IMG/VR virus record: IMGVR_UViG_3300012988_000016
Coordinates: 244,896-308,895 of that record
DNA: 64,000 bases
Direction: 5' to 3' (one strand)
Positions 18,707 through 30,429 of this stretch are shown piece by piece (the first letter of the stretch is position 1; each line of letters begins with the position of its first letter). The notes under the pieces were generated by a model. That model ran no database searches, was not told the DNA's origin, and saw only the letters and a list, made by a program, of their open reading frames with translations. The translations under genes and the position numbers were made by a program.

Positions 18707-18984
18707 ATCTGGATCTCAGGATAGGAGGCGTCTCGCCTCATGATACGCCTGAACTCATCCTTCTCCACCAACGTCTCTCTGTTGATGAGGAAGTTAAAGC
18801 CGTAGGTGGCCTCAATAAGGATCAACCAACCTGTCAGAACATCCTCAATAGCTTCGAAGTTGCTCATATCTTCGATTGAGACAGTGGCCGGCCCCCATTT
18901 GCCGTTCTGCTTCAGCAAAGGCTTTAGGTCGAGTTCCTCGGCTAACAAGAGCGTTCGACCGTCCTGATGTTCGGCTACGATCAT
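18649..18984 (-). CDS. hypothetical protein
   Basis: 111-aa ORF. Confidence 0.5.
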   Translation of the reverse strand: MIVAEHQDGRTLLLAEELDLKPLLKQNGKWGPATVSIEDMSNFEAIEDVLTGWLILIEATYGFNFLINRETLVEKDEFRRIMRRDASYPEIQMWNALVPPKVRQLLNTSVY

Positions 18985-18985
18985 G

Positions 18986-19411
18986 TCATACCTTTGCTAT
19001 GTCGGTACCACATTTGGAACACCAGATCAGGTCGTTCCCACCTACAGGGTGGTGCACACAAGCAGCGATCTCAGCTGCCACCAATCGATCAACCAACCAC
19101 TTCTCCCGCGCCTTCATCTCAGCCATCTCGGCACGATAATCAAGGAAGCCGAACCCACAGTCGAGGCATACGGTCGCTAATGTCTCATAGGAGAAAGGTT
19201 GGCTGGCAAAGACAGCAGTCTCCCTACTGACCAGCTTCTCTTCCAATTTGGCGCCGTTACATTCAAGGCATTGGAGCGGAATATTGTCCAACGCCCTCTG
19301 GAGCGTAATATTCTGTGCGTGCAGGTGACGAATTTGATCCGCGGGTGACTTGGACGGATCTGCCCCGGACTCTACCAAGGCCTTTTGGATGTCATCAACA
19401 TCTAAAATCAT
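18986..19411 (-). CDS. zinc-ribbon protein
   Basis: CLEC, CLDC, CSKC; GAGGA RBS. Confidence 0.6.
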   Translation of the reverse strand: MILDVDDIQKALVESGADPSKSPADQIRHLHAQNITLQRALDNIPLQCLECNGAKLEEKLVSRETAVFASQPFSYETLATVCLDCGFGFLDYRAEMAEMKAREKWLVDRLVAAEIAACVHHPVGGNDLIWCSKCGTDIAKV

Positions 19412-19510
19412 CGTGTTCCTCTAATCTTTAGCAGGCGACATCCAAGTACACCCACTACCAACACGATGCAAAATACCACTGTGGCTGAGCTGAAGATGAT
19501 GGGGTACATG

Positions 19511-19768
19511 TTAGCGAGGCAACTTAGGGTAACCAGAAGGAGCCTTGCCAGGGGCGGTCAAGACCAACTCACGGAAAGGCCTACACCCTACACCAAACAG
19601 GTTCCATTTTGAGATCCTCGCCTCAATCAGGCCGGCCTTGTGGAGTCGTTCCACCATCCGGAAGGTCGATTCCCCGCGCACCCAAACCCATCCTTTGGAG
19701 AAGACCCGTCGGACCAATCTCATGTGGCGTCGCTTGGAATGGCCAGATAGCCTATGGAAGGGGACCAT
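19511..19768 (-). CDS. basic hypothetical protein
   Basis: 85-aa ORF. Confidence 0.5.
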   Translation of the reverse strand: MVPFHRLSGHSKRRHMRLVRRVFSKGWVWVRGESTFRMVERLHKAGLIEARISKWNLFGVGCRPFRELVLTAPGKAPSGYPKLPR

Positions 19769-19778
19769 TCACTCAAGC

Positions 19779-19970
19779 CTAGGATTCGAAGAGCCAGGAC
19801 TTCACAATAGCCAGGACGAGGAAAAACAGAACCACTGCGGCGCTCACAATAACGAGGCTAGGGTAAGCGCACACCAACAGGACCCACAAATAGCCTACCA
19901 GAAACATCAAGGATGTGAAGATCAACGCCTTGAACCAAGGGGACGAGACCCTAGCAGGGAAAACTTTCAT
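19779..19970 (-). CDS. small membrane protein
   Basis: Two TM segments; class B motif 10 nt upstream. Confidence 0.6.
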   Translation of the reverse strand: MKVFPARVSSPWFKALIFTSLMFLVGYLWVLLVCAYPSLVIVSAAVVLFFLVLAIVKSWLFES

Positions 19971-20031
19971 TCGGTCAGCTTACACCAAGTTGTGTTACAG
20001 TGTGGTTGTGATCATTCCAGGGGCGGAATGT

Positions 20032-20062
20032 GTGTAAGTATATGTATTACATACACTTACAC
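20032..20062. repeat. AT-rich quasi-palindrome upstream of the structural cassette
   Basis: GTGTAAGTATATGTA-T-TACATACACTTACAC, 14/15 arms. Confidence 0.7.
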
Positions 20063-20173
20063 CAAAGATCCTAGGGGTCGTGGTCCGCTATAGTCAAGCA
20101 GTAAGGTTCTTATAGACCCGTTATGTCGTGAATGTAGCCACCCAAGGAGTGGGCGTTCCGATCGGGTCTATCT

Positions 20174-21349
20174 ATGCCAGCTACCGCCCTACTTAAATTT
20201 GCACAAGCTACGGTTGGAACTGGTTTGGCTGGACAGGCCTTTGCAGGGGTGCTGGGCCAACTAGTAACGGTCACCAATAGTGACAACACAGGGGTGGCGA
20301 GTTGGCAGATTGATCTGCTGTACGCCGCTCCTGGCAGTACCACTCCTGCCACCACCGCCTTGGCTTTCAGTGACAATGGTGCGACCCCTACCGTCACCTT
20401 CACGCCCAATGTGAGGCGTAGTTACCGTTTTCAACTCAAGGTGTGGAACGTCCCTAATAGGGTGGGGATTCCTGACATCGATATTCGTGTCTTCAGTGTT
20501 CGGGAATTGAACAACCTGTTCGTCCCTCCAGTCCAGATCTACCCACTACCTCTACCAGATCCTCAATCTAGTCTCGCAGGTGCCAAGCCAAATGAGATGA
20601 ACTTTGGAGGGCAATCAGGAGGTTGGGCAGGCGGTATTGATGCGGACGGTCTGCTGAATGACTTGATTGCCAGACATTTGAATGTAGCAGGCACTCCAGC
20701 TATCGGTAAGTTCATCGGGTACAACGGCACCACCCCCATATGGTCGATCCCTGGAGGGTTGGTGATCACTGGGTTCAACGTATCGGTGGGTTTGCTGGAA
20801 ACAGGTCAGATCATCAACAATCCGTCGTTCTCGGCCAGCTACAATACTGCTCCCGATAGTGTGACGTTGATCAACAACGCAGATGCTGAATCGAAAGATG
20901 TCAGCGGTACTCCCAACAGCTTTTCAAGCAGCCACAGTTTCCAAAAGAACGTCCCCAATCAATCGGTCACCTTCACCATCACTGCCACATTGTCGGGGTC
21001 AGCCAACGCTACCGCCAATGCGTCGATTACATGGGGTCAGAAGAACTTTTGGGGAGTCAGCAGTACGCCGGCCAACACTGAGGCTTTCATTGAAGGTTTG
21101 GCTAGCAATTCGTTGAGTACTTCTCGAAATGCTTCTTTCTCAGTCAACGCAACTGCTGGCACAAAGATCTACTACGCATGTCCCACTCGTTATGGAACTC
21201 CCAGTTTCTCAGTAGGTGGGTTCACAGGTGGATTCATCCAACGAGCTACAGGCATTAGTGTGACAAACGCCCAAGGATTCATCGAGAACTACGATCTCTA
21301 TGAGAGCGTATCAGTAGGTCTCGGACCAACAACTGTGAATGTATCATGA
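20174..21349 (+). CDS. putative virion structural (tail/fibre-associated) protein
   Basis: 391 aa, Thr/Ser/Gly/Asn-rich beta-strand pattern; ATGA-coupled to the giant fibre gene. Confidence 0.65.
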   Translation: MPATALLKFAQATVGTGLAGQAFAGVLGQLVTVTNSDNTGVASWQIDLLYAAPGSTTPATTALAFSDNGATPTVTFTPNVRRSYRFQLKVWNVPNRVGIPDIDIRVFSVRELNNLFVPPVQIYPLPLPDPQSSLAGAKPNEMNFGGQSGGWAGGIDADGLLNDLIARHLNVAGTPAIGKFIGYNGTTPIWSIPGGLVITGFNVSVGLLETGQIINNPSFSASYNTAPDSVTLINNADAESKDVSGTPNSFSSSHSFQKNVPNQSVTFTITATLSGSANATANASITWGQKNFWGVSSTPANTEAFIEGLASNSLSTSRNASFSVNATAGTKIYYACPTRYGTPSFSVGGFTGGFIQRATGISVTNAQGFIENYDLYESVSVGLGPTTVNVS

Positions 21350-24300
21350 GTATCAATCAACCTGGTGACGTAACAGTTATTGCCCCAATCTCTGTACCTG
21401 GGGACGCTAATGCGGCAGTTCGTGCCGCATCTGTATTGGGCGGATTCGTAGCAGTAGTCGATACTACTGAACGAGATTTGATTCCCTCTAGTTCTCGAAA
21501 ACAAGGTATGTTGGTACATACCAATGATGGGACGTTCTATGTATTGGGGGCGGGTCTCACAAATGCCGATTGGGCGATCACCTCAATAGGTGGTGATTCC
21601 AGCTTCATGATCGTGGCTGACAACACAGCTCGCAACGCCATCCCTTCAGGGGCTAGGCGAGAGGGTATGTTGGTCTACAGCAAACTGACCAAAGTCTACT
21701 ACTCCCTAAACAGCGACCTGACGACCTGGACATTCTTTAGTGCCAGTCACTCCCTCGCACTGCAGACCGACTGGTACATCAACGCCTCAACTGGCAATGA
21801 CAACAATGATGGTAAGGTCGGCAACCCATTAGCTACAGTTGAAGAGCTGACTGCACGCCTAAATCCGAATGGGGCGAAGCTCGTTCTGTCACAGAATACC
21901 ACAATCCACATTGCGGCCGGTACCTACAATTTCTTCGACATCAATCTAGATATACCGATTGGTTCAAACTACATCTTCAAGGTCCTGTGTGATTACACGT
22001 CGTCTGCCCCCATCACCCTGAGTGGCGTCACCAACACGGTCGGTAGTGCTACTCCGACTCGTGGAAGTATACAGACAGCTGCTGGAACCTTTGTCGATAA
22101 GGCAAGAATCAGAAGCACCTCGGGTGCGGCGGCTGGAGCAATCACCTACGTGACTGGCCTGACCAGCTCAACCAACGCTTTCGTCAAAACCTGGTTTCAG
22201 GAGACGACCCCCAGCAGCTTCGGGGTCGTCAATGTGGCGAGCGGCACCACAGTGGTGATCGACACCCTACAGGTGACGATCAATCGACTGCGAATCCGAA
22301 CCACCAACAATCCGCTTAGCGGCGTTGTGAGTGTTTGGGACGCTATCCTGCCGGCCGGCGCCGAGTTCGTGAACGTTGCTGCCGGCAGCGCCGCCGTCTA
22401 CCTGTCGCAATGCCAGATCGGCGGTGGGACGTCGACGAACACCAAGCTCGTCGGCAATATGCAGGCCCGGAACAGCCGTCTTGTCGGGGCGAGCATCTCA
22501 CCGTTCGCGGTCTCCTTTCACGGCAACTCATCCCCCGTCTTGCAGGGGTGCGTCATCGAGTGCCCCATAACCTTCCTGACCGCGCTCGTCATCCCCGTCG
22601 GGAGCTGCTTCAACGGAGGGACTGTCACCGGAGGCGACCCGGCCGGCGTGTTTGGTGCCGGGAGCCTAAGCCTCTCTGACACCGAGTGGGTGAACGGCTC
22701 CGGAACCGCCGTGACCCTGAACTACGGGTGCCAGATGTATATCTTGGGCCAGCAGTTCGGCTTCGGGACCCCGTACGCCGTCGGATTCGCCCTGACCGCG
22801 CAGACCTCCGTGGCTGTGGCCTCGTCCACCTACCTAGGGATCCTCGCGACCCAGCAGATCACGATGGTCGGGCACAAGCACACGTACGCCCAGGTTCCGA
22901 TCTCGTACCCGAACTCAGAGTGCATATTCGCCCTCGCCTCCGACCCGCTAGGCATCCCCTACGGGTTCCCGGCACAGACGGCCACGGACTGGTACGTCAA
23001 CGCCTCTACCGGCAACGACTCCAACGATGGTCTGACCGCCGGCACTGCCCTCCGAACAACGGAGAGGTTGGCAGCGATCCTATGTCCTGGCGGCACCACC
23101 CTCACAGTTAGACAGAATACAATCGTTCACTTGGCGGCTGGTACCTATGATGCCTTGGAACTAAGTCTGACGATCCCCGTTGGTTCAAACTACACGTTCG
23201 AGGTGGTGTGTGCCTACACCTCATCGGCCCCCATCACCCTCTCAGGTGTGACCAACACGGTTGGAACTGTAACTCCTGTCCGAGGTAGCATCCAGACCGC
23301 TTCAGGCACGTTCGTCGACAAGGCTCGTATCCGTTCAACTTCAGGTGCCTCCGTTGGAGCCATCACCTACTGTACAGGTCTAACGAGCAGTACTAATGCC
23401 TTCGTCAAGAGCTGGTACCTAGAATCCTCTACATCTCAAGTCAACATTGTGAACGGCACGACCGTAACGGTTGACACCCTACAGGTGACGATCAATCGGG
23501 TCCAGATCCGCACTGTAGGGAATCCACTCAGCGGGGCGATCACCGTTAGAGATGCGATCCTACCGAACGGTATGGAATGCTTATTCTTGGGAGGCAGTTC
23601 TCAATTTGTCTTCTCTCAATGCCAGATCGGCGGGACACTCCCCAATGCCTGCCGAGTATCAGGCAACATACAGATGGCGAATTGCCGTTTCACCGGCACT
23701 CAAGTCTTGGGATTCGCTCAAGGAAGTTCTCCCGTTTTTGCAGGGTGTGTGCTTGAGATCAAAGCACTGATCTATAACAACGTCTCGGAATTTCAAGCCA
23801 ACTGCTTCAATGGAGGTAGTGTTGAATTGGGAGATCCGACTGCCGCTCTTCAAGCGAGTCTCATACTTACCGACAACGAATGGGTGAATGGCTCTGGAAC
23901 GGCTATCGCGGTATTCCCTGGTAGTTATCTGAGAATCACAGGTCAACAGTTCGGCTTCGGCACCAATTACGCGGTCGGCTACAACGTGACGGCAGGTGGT
24001 CATGTCGTCACCAATTCGACCGCTATACTGAGCATACCTGCTACTCAGCAGATCACGATGGCTGGGAAGAATCTCAACTACGTGGATGTGCCCAGGTCTT
24101 ATCCGAATGCGGATTGTGTTTTTGCTCTAACGAATGACCCTAATCCGATTCCTTTCGGAAACACTACCGCTTCTTCGCAAGCTGCCTGGTACATCAACGC
24201 TAGTACGGGCAATGATGCGAATGACGGCAAGACAAGCGGTACCGCTCTCGCTAGCCTCGACGAGCTCCGAAACCGTCTCAACCCCAATGGAGCCTGGTAT

Positions 24301-27300
24301 ATCCCCGCTCAAAGCACGACCGTGTTCATTGCGGCCGGTACCTACAATGCTCTTGAGCTCAGCGTCAGCATCCCCGTTGGCTCAAACTACGTCTTCGATG
24401 TGAAGGGGGACTTTACCTCCAGTAGTCCGATCACCCTGTCTAGTGTGACCAACACGGTTGGATCTGCCACTCCCACCCGAGGTGCCATTCAAACTGCCTC
24501 CGGTACTTTTATCGACAAAGCTCGTGTTAGAAGCACCTCGGGAGGCTCCACAGGAGCAATCAGCTATATCACTGGCCTGACAAGCTCAACTAACGCTTTC
24601 GTCAAGAAGTGGTTCAACGCTACCTCGTTCAGCGAAACGACGGTTGGTCTCAGTTCAACAGTGGTGATGGACACCTTACAGGTGACGATCAATCGTGTCC
24701 AGATCCGAACCAGCGGTCATCCACTTGGTGGGCAGATTCACGTATACGACACCATTTTGCCTTTCGGGGCAGAGATCGTCAATCAGGTAGGGGGCAGTGC
24801 CTCATTGGCACTAGTCGGATGCAAGATTGGCAATTCTGGCTCAGTAACGGCCCGTGTTTCTGGTAACGTTCAGCTGCAAAACTGCCAGATTACAGGCACT
24901 CAACCCGTGTCGATGTTCAGCGGCGTGGTGCCCGTATTTGCTGGATGTGTGATCGAGAATCAAGTGTTGATTTACTCGACAACACAGATCTATGTCGCCA
25001 ACTGTATGAACGGCGGTTCGATCTACGCCTCTGGTACTACAGCTGTTGTGCCGGCCAATCTATCGATCGCTGATTGTGAGTGGGTTAACGGAAATGGATC
25101 CACAACAGCCATCACGGTCGGACCTAGATGTGGGATTCAAATATTTGGTCAGCAATATGGGTTTGGGACCAACTATGCGGTTGGCTTCGCTCTGACGAGT
25201 GGGGCAACCGTCGTCACAGACTCTGTTACAAGTTTGGGTATTCTGGCCACTCAACAGATCACCATGACGGGCCACAATTTGAACTATTCAAATGTGCCTC
25301 GAAGCTACCCTAATGCCGATTGTGCTTTCGTATTGCTGAACGATCCTGCCGCAGTTGCGTTCACCTCAGCTCGTTTTGGCGCCACTTTCTACGTAGATCC
25401 GGCCTACACTGGATTCTCGAACGGCACTCAAGCCAACCCATATCCAAGCATCACCACCGCCATAGCGGCCGCTCCTTCGACTGGTGCGCTGATCTTTATG
25501 GCGCCGTATTCGACCACAGTTGAGAACGTCACGTTCCCAACAACTGGTGTTTGGGAGGTCCGGTCTGAGGCCGAGGTGGGGACTACCATCAACGGCAACA
25601 TCGTGTGTACGGGTGGTGCTGGTGCGGCCGTTACCCTGACGACTCTGATCGTTACTGGTACGGTGAGCGGTGATTTCACGTCGCCAACTGGTGGACGTTC
25701 TCTGATCCTGAACAACACAGATATCAATGGGGCTGTGAGCCTGACGTCCACTGCCGGCAACCGCTGGACCCTTATCCTAAACGGACTAGGCGGTTCACTG
25801 GCGGGTCTTAATGGTGCGTTGAAGTCAACGGCATCGGTCGTTGGCGCCATCCAGGCGTCCAACTACTACATGGTTGGCGCCGTGTCGTTCTCAGCAGCTT
25901 CGCAGCTAAATAACTGCCACCTGACTTCTGGCAGCATTGGTGTGGGTGCGAATGTTTTGATTGAGAACACTGTGTTCGACTCAGCTGTGACGTTCACGGG
26001 AGCAGGGGTTGTGACGATTGATGGTGAGAGCCACGCTTCCGCAAAGGCAGTTGGTGCCATCACACTAGCGGGTGGTGCGACACTTGTGATTCGAAACAGC
26101 GTCTCTCTTGTGGGTATCCAACAAGACGGGGCTCTTGATACGCAAGTACTTGCCTGGAACAACTCGCTCTCTAGATGGAACCCTTCCTCTGTTGTGGGAC
26201 CTGCTGGACCCACAGGACCCGTTGGTCCGACCGGACCTACAGGTCCCACTGGTGCGACTGGCGCCACTGGAGCAGGCACCACAGGTGCAACTGGCCCGAC
26301 GGGACCTGCTGGACCAACTGGACCTGCAGGTGCCACGGGTGCCACAGGAGCTACTGGGGCGACCGGCGCAACGGGGCCAATAGGTCCAACGGGGCCGACA
26401 GGGGCTACAGGTCCCATCGGACCCACAGGTGCAACGGGCCCCATAGGTGCCACAGGGGCAACGGGAGCTACAGGATCGACTGGTGCCACAGGGGCTACTG
26501 GTGCTACTGGACCAACGGGTGCCAGCGGAACTTCAACCGTAGCGGCTACGTCTCCTATCACGGTCAGTACAGTAGGGTCTACCTCAACCATCGGAATCAT
26601 TCATCTTTGGGAGTTCACGATCGGTAACGGCACAACTACATTCGGCGATTTCAATGGTGCGTCTGCCGTTCGAGATGCCGTCACCTATGCCAACACTGTG
26701 GTGGGCCCTCTTGGAACTCCGTGGCAGCTCAGCCTCTTGATGAAAGTCGCTAGCTGCGACATCAACAACGGGGCCGGCAGCACTCTCATCATACCTGCAG
26801 ACTGCACTCTGAAGATCCGAGGATCTGGCTACAACCTAACCAGCAACAATTCGAAGCTGAACATCAATGGTAATGGTGGCTTCGAAGTAATTGGATCACT
26901 GTTCTTGGAGAATGTGTTGCTCCAAGGATCTGGCAGCACCCCATTGGGGTTTGCTATCATGAATTCTACGGCCGCTGTTCTTGGGATGCGAGACTGCTAT
27001 GTGCAGAACAGCTACCTTGATTGGCGTCAATCCAAAGGTCTAAAGACCGTCATTGAACGGACTTCTTTCGAAGCTCAAAGTAGTGACGCTAACCCCCTGA
27101 TCAGCATCAGTGGTGGGAGTGGCGGATATTTGGGGCATCTCGTGTTCTCGGAATGCACTTTCCAAGGAGTTGTTGATCGTACGTTAACTGCTTTCGGCCC
27201 AAGCAGCAACTCCTCATGGGTTGATCTGACTTTCGTACGATGCACTCTACGTTGCGCGGGCAATAGTGTGGCGGTCTCCAACAGCGTAACCAACGCCAAT

Positions 27301-28686
27301 AGCGGAGTGCTGAATGTATTCCCAGGTGGTGGTTCGGTCCCCAGTCGAATCAACGTCAAGTATTTGGATTGCAACGTATGGTCTGACGCTATCGTGGGGG
27401 GTGGTGGAGCTGGTGGGGCGATCCTCATGTATCTGACTAGTTCTGGTACTGGAGGAGCCGCCACCACCATTGATCTGGAAATCAATGGTGGGCAATGGTT
27501 GGCAAGTCCCAGCATCTACAGCGGTATCAACACCCCTTTCTACATTGGACCCAGGACTTGGGCAACTTCCGTAGATAATAACGGCATACGTAGTGTGTTG
27601 ATCAATAACGTTAGGATGGGTTGGGCAGACATCACTGGAGTGTTCAACGGAACACTCCATTATGGGCTTCCTGCATCCGAGATCAGTTACGGTGGGGACT
27701 CTAGGGCGTGGGCTGCCTTCACGGTGTACGCCCATAACACTAGAGTATCAAGGATCACCCTAGGAGGTATGGTCCAAGACTCTGATAGGGCGGACTTCGC
27801 ATTCATCGGTATTGACCGTTGCGAAGTAGAGGATGTACAGGCAGAGGGCGATTGGCAAGCTACCGGCTTGGGTACGTATCCAAAAGGGCGGTTCATCCTA
27901 TACCCAACTGTCAACTACAAGACCAAAAATGTGGCCCGCTATTCAAAGATCGCATACGGTAACTTTGAGGCGGCAGCACAAGCCAGCACCAACGATGGTG
28001 GGGTTTTCTGCGAATGCACCTTTCCGGACTCTGGTGCCCACCCGCAAGGTTGGGTGTTGTCAGATTCTACCGCTATCCTTTCATCCAACTGCCCGATCGG
28101 TAACGGAGTGTTCGTTGGCAGCGACAACAACGTTGTCTGGAGAACAATCGAGCGTTGTACTCTGATAGGTAATCTGAATCTAGCGACAGATGGTGACGGG
28201 GTAGCCTGCTATTCGCTCACCACCACCATAAATTTGGTTGTGAGAGATTGCACCATCAGTTCTTGGATAGCATGCGGCGTTCTTGTATCGACCAACACTA
28301 CGTTCGGTGGTACTTGCGAAATCTCTAACAATCGCATCGACAACTGCAGTCTTCCAGGGATCTACGTTCTGGCAAGTGCTTGGAGCTACATCGGCCCCCG
28401 CATCCTAGGTAACAATGTCGAGCATTGTGACGAAGGGGACTATCCGCACCTACACAGCCAAATTCGTGTCGGGCACCCCTCTGTCGACAATACAGTTGCC
28501 ACTATCGTTGGCAACTCTTGCGACCTCGGTGGTGGGATTGAAGTCCTTTCCTTAGGCTACATGTACGTCGCTGGTATGGATATGTTCAACTACGACACCA
28601 ATGTACCAATCTTAATCTCAACAACACCCTTGAGCGGTACGAGGCTCCGTCAGAACTATGCCGTGTGGAGAAGCGGGCTACACTGA
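21346..28686 (+). CDS. giant tail fibre/adhesin-like protein with three tandem beta-helix-like modules, a collagen tract and a C-terminal beta-helix
   Basis: 2446 aa; WY(I/V)NASTGNDxNDG three times; YVDP...[11 protein letters not shown]; (Gxx)n; C-terminal ISNNRI/ILGNNV/IVGNS repeats. Confidence 0.8.
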   Translation: MSINQPGDVTVIAPISVPGDANAAVRAASVLGGFVAVVDTTERDLIPSSSRKQGMLVHTNDGTFYVLGAGLTNADWAITSIGGDSSFMIVADNTARNAIPSGARREGMLVYSKLTKVYYSLNSDLTTWTFFSASHSLALQTDWYINASTGNDNNDGKVGNPLATVEELTARLNPNGAKLVLSQNTTIHIAAGTYNFFDINLDIPIGSNYIFKVLCDYTSSAPITLSGVTNTVGSATPTRGSIQTAAGTFVDKARIRSTSGAAAGAITYVTGLTSSTNAFVKTWFQETTPSSFGVVNVASGTTVVIDTLQVTINRLRIRTTNNPLSGVVSVWDAILPAGAEFVNVAAGSAAVYLSQCQIGGGTSTNTKLVGNMQARNSRLVGASISPFAVSFHGNSSPVLQGCVIECPITFLTALVIPVGSCFNGGTVTGGDPAGVFGAGSLSLSDTEWVNGSGTAVTLNYGCQMYILGQQFGFGTPYAVGFALTAQTSVAVASSTYLGILATQQITMVGHKHTYAQVPISYPNSECIFALASDPLGIPYGFPAQTATDWYVNASTGNDSNDGLTAGTALRTTERLAAILCPGGTTLTVRQNTIVHLAAGTYDALELSLTIPVGSNYTFEVVCAYTSSAPITLSGVTNTVGTVTPVRGSIQTASGTFVDKARIRSTSGASVGAITYCTGLTSSTNAFVKSWYLESSTSQVNIVNGTTVTVDTLQVTINRVQIRTVGNPLSGAITVRDAILPNGMECLFLGGSSQFVFSQCQIGGTLPNACRVSGNIQMANCRFTGTQVLGFAQGSSPVFAGCVLEIKALIYNNVSEFQANCFNGGSVELGDPTAALQASLILTDNEWVNGSGTAIAVFPGSYLRITGQQFGFGTNYAVGYNVTAGGHVVTNSTAILSIPATQQITMAGKNLNYVDVPRSYPNADCVFALTNDPNPIPFGNTTASSQAAWYINASTGNDANDGKTSGTALASLDELRNRLNPNGAWYIPAQSTTVFIAAGTYNALELSVSIPVGSNYVFDVKGDFTSSSPITLSSVTNTVGSATPTRGAIQTASGTFIDKARVRSTSGGSTGAISYITGLTSSTNAFVKKWFNATSFSETTVGLSSTVVMDTLQVTINRVQIRTSGHPLGGQIHVYDTILPFGAEIVNQVGGSASLALVGCKIGNSGSVTARVSGNVQLQNCQITGTQPVSMFSGVVPVFAGCVIENQVLIYSTTQIYVANCMNGGSIYASGTTAVVPANLSIADCEWVNGNGSTTAITVGPRCGIQIFGQQYGFGTNYAVGFALTSGATVVTDSVTSLGILATQQITMTGHNLNYSNVPRSYPNADCAFVLLNDPAAVAFTSARFGATFYVDPAYTGFSNGTQANPYPSITTAIAAAPSTGALIFMAPYSTTVENVTFPTTGVWEVRSEAEVGTTINGNIVCTGGAGAAVTLTTLIVTGTVSGDFTSPTGGRSLILNNTDINGAVSLTSTAGNRWTLILNGLGGSLAGLNGALKSTASVVGAIQASNYYMVGAVSFSAASQLNNCHLTSGSIGVGANVLIENTVFDSAVTFTGAGVVTIDGESHASAKAVGAITLAGGATLVIRNSVSLVGIQQDGALDTQVLAWNNSLSRWNPSSVVGPAGPTGPVGPTGPTGPTGATGATGAGTTGATGPTGPAGPTGPAGATGATGATGATGATGPIGPTGPTGATGPIGPTGATGPIGATGATGATGSTGATGATGATGPTGASGTSTVAATSPITVSTVGSTSTIGIIHLWEFTIGNGTTTFGDFNGASAVRDAVTYANTVVGPLGTPWQLSLLMKVASCDINNGAGSTLIIPADCTLKIRGSGYNLTSNNSKLNINGNGGFEVIGSLFLENVLLQGSGSTPLGFAIMNSTAAVLGMRDCYVQNSYLDWRQSKGLKTVIERTSFEAQSSDANPLISISGGSGGYLGHLVFSECTFQGVVDRTLTAFGPSSNSSWVDLTFVRCTLRCAGNSVAVSNSVTNANSGVLNVFPGGGSVPSRINVKYLDCNVWSDAIVGGGGAGGAILMYLTSSGTGGAATTIDLEINGGQWLASPSIYSGINTPFYIGPRTWATSVDNNGIRSVLINNVRMGWADITGVFNGTLHYGLPASEISYGGDSRAWAAFTVYAHNTRVSRITLGGMVQDSDRADFAFIGIDRCEVEDVQAEGDWQATGLGTYPKGRFILYPTVNYKTKNVARYSKIAYGNFEAAAQASTNDGGVFCECTFPDSGAHPQGWVLSDSTAILSSNCPIGNGVFVGSDNNVVWRTIERCTLIGNLNLATDGDGVACYSLTTTINLVVRDCTISSWIACGVLVSTNTTFGGTCEISNNRIDNCSLPGIYVLASAWSYIGPRILGNNVEHCDEGDYPHLHSQIRVGHPSVDNTVATIVGNSCDLGGGIEVLSLGYMYVAGMDMFNYDTNVPILISTTPLSGTRLRQNYAVWRSGLH
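21763..25360 (+). repeat. three ~1.2-kb intragenic tandem repeats
   Basis: Units start near 21763, 22975 and 24178; shared SSxPITLSxVTNTVG...GTFxDKARxRSTSG...DTLQVTINR. Confidence 0.85.
26197..26532 (+). repeat. collagen-like GPT/GAT triplet repeat
   Basis: About 110 aa of Gly-X-Y with one short interruption. Confidence 0.9.
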
Positions 28687-29448
28687 TCAATAGCCGTAGC
28701 AATGGATAGTGTCTGACACATTGACCCAAGCAGACCCAGTGCCTGGAGGCTGAACGTCACAGGCACTGGACCATCCAACTCGACATTGCCAAACGAAACG
28801 CTCGGCATACGGGTCGTTGGAATCACGGTAGTCGACGTAATCTCCGTCTCGGTAGAAGCCTCCACAGGTGCCGTGAGAGGTCCACTGAGGCAGCGTACAG
28901 AGACCAAGCCACTGCCCAATCTTGCCGTCGGGAGGCAGGCCTTGCCACCTAACGGGTTCCCAATAACGTCTCGTCTCAGGGAAACCTTCGTCAGTCGGGG
29001 CCTGGACGGCGTAATCGCAAAATGGCTGATGGTCACAACGCCAATTGTTGTACTTGCTGAATTTGACGATCGTCCCATAAGGGACGGAACCCGTGGTGCT
29101 GACCGTATCTTCTACGGCCGGTCTACCTAGACCTATCTCCAGCTGATGGGCTTGTTCCAGATACTCAGGAAGCTGACAGTCTTCTTCAGACAAGCCTCCC
29201 GCCCCTGCCAGCTCAACACCCGCCGAGCCGCCCTCATGGCTGCCAGCCTGGCCTGCTTGGCCACCATCAGCAGAGCCACCCTCACCTGCTTGTCCGGCCT
29301 CTAGGAGCTTGATGGTGGGCCAGATCAACTGATTGACCCCACCTTGACCCCAATAGGTTGGCCGAATCGGTTCGGCGTCATTCGAACAAGCGATGGTTAG
29401 AGCCCATGTCAGGGCCGAGACAATTGAGATGGTTCGCCAAGCAGTCAT
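28687..29448 (-). CDS. lipoprotein with Gly/Ala linker and C-terminal CBM5/12-like domain
   Basis: Lipobox TIAC; AGQAGEGGSADGGQAG linker; YRDGDYV...VWQC...W...PG...W. Confidence 0.7.
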   Translation of the reverse strand: MTAWRTISIVSALTWALTIACSNDAEPIRPTYWGQGGVNQLIWPTIKLLEAGQAGEGGSADGGQAGQAGSHEGGSAGVELAGAGGLSEEDCQLPEYLEQAHQLEIGLGRPAVEDTVSTTGSVPYGTIVKFSKYNNWRCDHQPFCDYAVQAPTDEGFPETRRYWEPVRWQGLPPDGKIGQWLGLCTLPQWTSHGTCGGFYRDGDYVDYRDSNDPYAERFVWQCRVGWSSACDVQPPGTGSAWVNVSDTIHCYGY

Positions 29449-29783
29449 TTGGATTCCTCCACTTTGATCGCCCTAACGATCAAAGTCAGCACTTCCTCAT
29501 AGGTAGACTCATCATTGAACAGCCCCAAGACGTATGTCCATTTGCTATTGGCCGGAAACCCTCTCCGAAGACCGCTCTTCAGAGCCTCGACCCTCTTGGA
29601 ATCATCCCCGACCACCTTGTGACAGCCGCCTAATAGGCAAAAACACACAGCTTTTTCAGAGCTGAAGGAGCAAGGGTTCCCCTCAGCATCCTTTGCCAGT
29701 GAACGTTGAGCCCATTTGCTAGGGTCGGAGAAAAGAGCCAGTAGTGCTTTTAGGTCTTTCAGCAGAGGGGTCGTCAGGGGCAT
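29445..29783 (-). CDS. DUF6197-like protein
   Basis: DLKALLALF...WAQRSLAKD...CFCLLG; class A motif (29790-29818) gives ATG 29783. Confidence 0.65.
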   Translation of the reverse strand: MPLTTPLLKDLKALLALFSDPSKWAQRSLAKDAEGNPCSFSSEKAVCFCLLGGCHKVVGDDSKRVEALKSGLRRGFPANSKWTYVLGLFNDESTYEEVLTLIVRAIKVEESK

Positions 29784-29821
29784 GTTGGCTCTAACGACCT
29801 CTGCTAGACTGAACTTAAGGG

Positions 29822-29965
29822 TCACCCTGGAAAGTAAGGGCAGCTAACCTTCACCATCTGAGGGGTCGGTGGTTGCTTTTTGGACCACAACCCCCTCTGG
29901 ACCACCACGCCTACCACCAACAACGGAACCAGCAACAATAGAGCCCAACGACGATTCGGTTTCAT
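29822..29965 (-). CDS. small membrane peptide (not in ORF track)
   Basis: AAGGAG RBS; MKPNRRWALLLLVPLLVVGVVV..., 47 aa. Confidence 0.55.
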   Translation of the reverse strand: MKPNRRWALLLLVPLLVVGVVVQRGLWSKKQPPTPQMVKVSCPYFPG

Positions 29966-29991
29966 GACACTTCTCCTTATCGGGGAAACAC

Positions 29992-30186
29992 TTACACCAG
30001 GCAGATCAGCTGTTTGAGGCGATTACGAACCGTCCGCAACTTGGCTCCAGGCTGACCATTGATCCACATATAGGTGCTGTTATGGTCTCCGTCAGTCACG
30101 ATACCGTTCCGCTTGGCTAGCTCCAACACAGCTTCCGCCTCAGGCGTGACGATCCCGTGAAATTCGTAGCCCACCAAACGAGCCAT
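29992..30186 (-). CDS. hypothetical protein
   Basis: Tiles with its neighbours. Confidence 0.55.
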   Translation of the reverse strand: MARLVGYEFHGIVTPEAEAVLELAKRNGIVTDGDHNSTYMWINGQPGAKLRTVRNRLKQLICLV

Positions 30187-30429
30187 TCAGCTTCCGTACA
30201 TGCCGATGAAGTAGCACTGAGGAGTAGTCAGATCCTGACCACACCGAAAGTGCACTGGAGTGCCCTTCTTGGTCACGCCAAAACATACCAAATACCCGCC
30301 ATCCGCATCGCACACCACACTGTCAGGAGTGATCTGTACACGGTCTTGGAATTTGGTCTTCAGATCCTGCAATTCTGAAGGAGAGGGGTTGCAGGCGACC
30401 AGCAGTAAAGCAACAAGAATAGGTCTCAT
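30187..30429 (-). CDS. Cys-rich lipoprotein
   Basis: MRPILVALLLVAC lipobox. Confidence 0.7.
   Translation of the reverse strand: MRPILVALLLVACNPSPSELQDLKTKFQDRVQITPDSVVCDADGGYLVCFGVTKKGTPVHFRCGQDLTTPQCYFIGMYGS

Noticed and set aside
2290-19230. Many plus-strand ORFs overlapping the minus-strand genes (e.g. 2290-2787, 3289-3729, 13778-14425)
   Set aside because: They are antisense to better-supported, motif-preceded, translationally coupled genes.
21763-25360. Diversity-generating retroelement TR/VR pair
   Set aside because: The repeats are in-frame protein modules differing at all bases, and no reverse transcriptase is in the window.
25428-26627. ORFs 25866-26600(-), 26175-26627(+), 25428-25862(-) and similar
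   Set aside because: Shadow frames of the collagen and Thr/Gly-rich coding sequence.
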